From positions 15,376,001 to 15,440,000 of the forward strand of contig NC_043025.1 in the NCBI RefSeq assembly GCF_006345805.1: a DNA stretch of 64,000 bases. Direction: 5' to 3'. Origin of the DNA: Octopus sinensis. Its lineage: Eukaryota. Below the pieces are notes generated by a model, which saw nothing but the letters and a program-made list of their open reading frames with translations, had not been told where the DNA came from and ran no database searches. The translations under genes and the position numbers were made by a program. Positions 63,110 through 64,000 of this stretch are shown here, one piece after another. Position 1 is the first letter of the stretch; each line of letters opens with the position of its first letter.

Positions 63110-63419
63110 AATTCCTCAAGGTCTTCAGGGCCCAGTTCCGAGAAGCGGTCACGCACCTCTGCAAGATTGTCGTCCAACAGCCACCATGACTACCAGCTAG
63201 TGTCCAGCACTGCTGGTAACCCCACCTACACATCTGGCCAGACATCAGTGCGGAACGGGCGTGGCCCAGCATCAGCAAACACACAACGCCGGTGCCATGA
63301 GTGTGACATTTGGAAGAAGATGACAACAGAGACAGTGAGTCGGTTGGCGACGAAGGAGGCTGACTGCGAGATGCACGTCAACCGCATCCTACAGCTGGAA
63401 CAACAACTGAAGGAATCAG
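63110..63419 (+). CDS. Internal coding exon of the zinc-finger gene (Ser-rich, CxxC, predicted coiled coil)
   Basis: Acceptor TCCTTACAG at 63109 in phase 0 (matches donor 59624); NSSRSSGPSSEKRSR...RRCHECDIWKKM...RILQLEQQLKES; donor CAG|GTGAGT at 63419 (phase 1). Confidence 0.85.
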
Positions 63420-63467
63420 GTGAGTGGGAGGGGACAAAGCCATTCCACTTGTGACCATCACATATAT

Positions 63468-64000
63468 GGCTGCTATTTCTACCAGGTCTAGCTACCATGT
63501 AGAGGTCTTCCTCATTGGCTCATACATACATATATACATACATAAGAGAGTAGGGTGTGATTTGAGGGAGATTTGGCTGCTATTTCTACCAGGTCTAGCT
63601 ACCATGTAGAGGTCTCCCTCATTGGCTCATACATACATATATACATACATAAGAGAGTAGGGTGTGATTTGAGGGAGATTTGGCTGCTATTTCTAGCAGG
63701 TCTAGCTACCATGTAGAGGTCTCCCTCATTGGCTCATACATACATATATACATACATAAGAGAGTAGGGTGTGATTTGAGGGAGATTTGGCTACTATTTC
63801 TAGCAGGTCTAGCTACCATGTAGAGGTCTCCCTCATTGGCTCATACATACATAAGAGAGTAGGGTGTGATTTGAGGGAGATTTGGCTGCTATTTCTACCA
63901 GGTCTAGCTACCATGTAGAGGTCTCCCTCATTGGCTCATACATACATATATACATACATAAGAGAGTAGGGTGTGATTTGAGGGAGATTTGGCTGCTATT
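63468..64000. repeat. 107-bp tandem repeat, 5 units plus a partial, running off the window
   Basis: Unit starts at 63468, 63575, 63682, 63789, 63884 (after a 95-bp unit) and 63991. Confidence 0.97.

Overview
AT-rich, extremely repeat-dense animal DNA, most likely from an octopus or related coleoid cephalopod. That assignment is inferred from my recollection of octopus SINE, RTE and MITE families, the (TA)/(CA)/(TATC) microsatellite load and the C2H2 genes; no database was searched. Two plus-strand C2H2 zinc-finger loci are visible. The first is a 6-finger terminal exon at 27827-28563. The second is a multi-exon gene with a CpG-rich promoter and non-coding first exon ending at 47724, a ~10 kb intron, a large exon at 57725-59624 containing an apparent 1-nt frameshift near 58887, and a coiled-coil exon at 63110-63419; it continues beyond the window. 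The rest is nested mobile DNA: RTE LINEs (one ~3 kb copy and many 3' ends with a variable hairpin-unit array in the 3' UTR), RTEX-, CR1-, R4/Dong- and L1-like fragments, Penelope-like terminal repeats with hammerhead-like motifs, tRNA-derived SINEs, nine copies of a GGATC-ended MITE family with ~8-bp TSDs in three architectures, piggyBac-, hAT- and Tc1/mariner-type elements, a Helitron, and several minisatellites. No prokaryotic features, CRISPR arrays, rRNA or true tRNA genes were found. Most ORFs in the supplied track are repeat artefacts.
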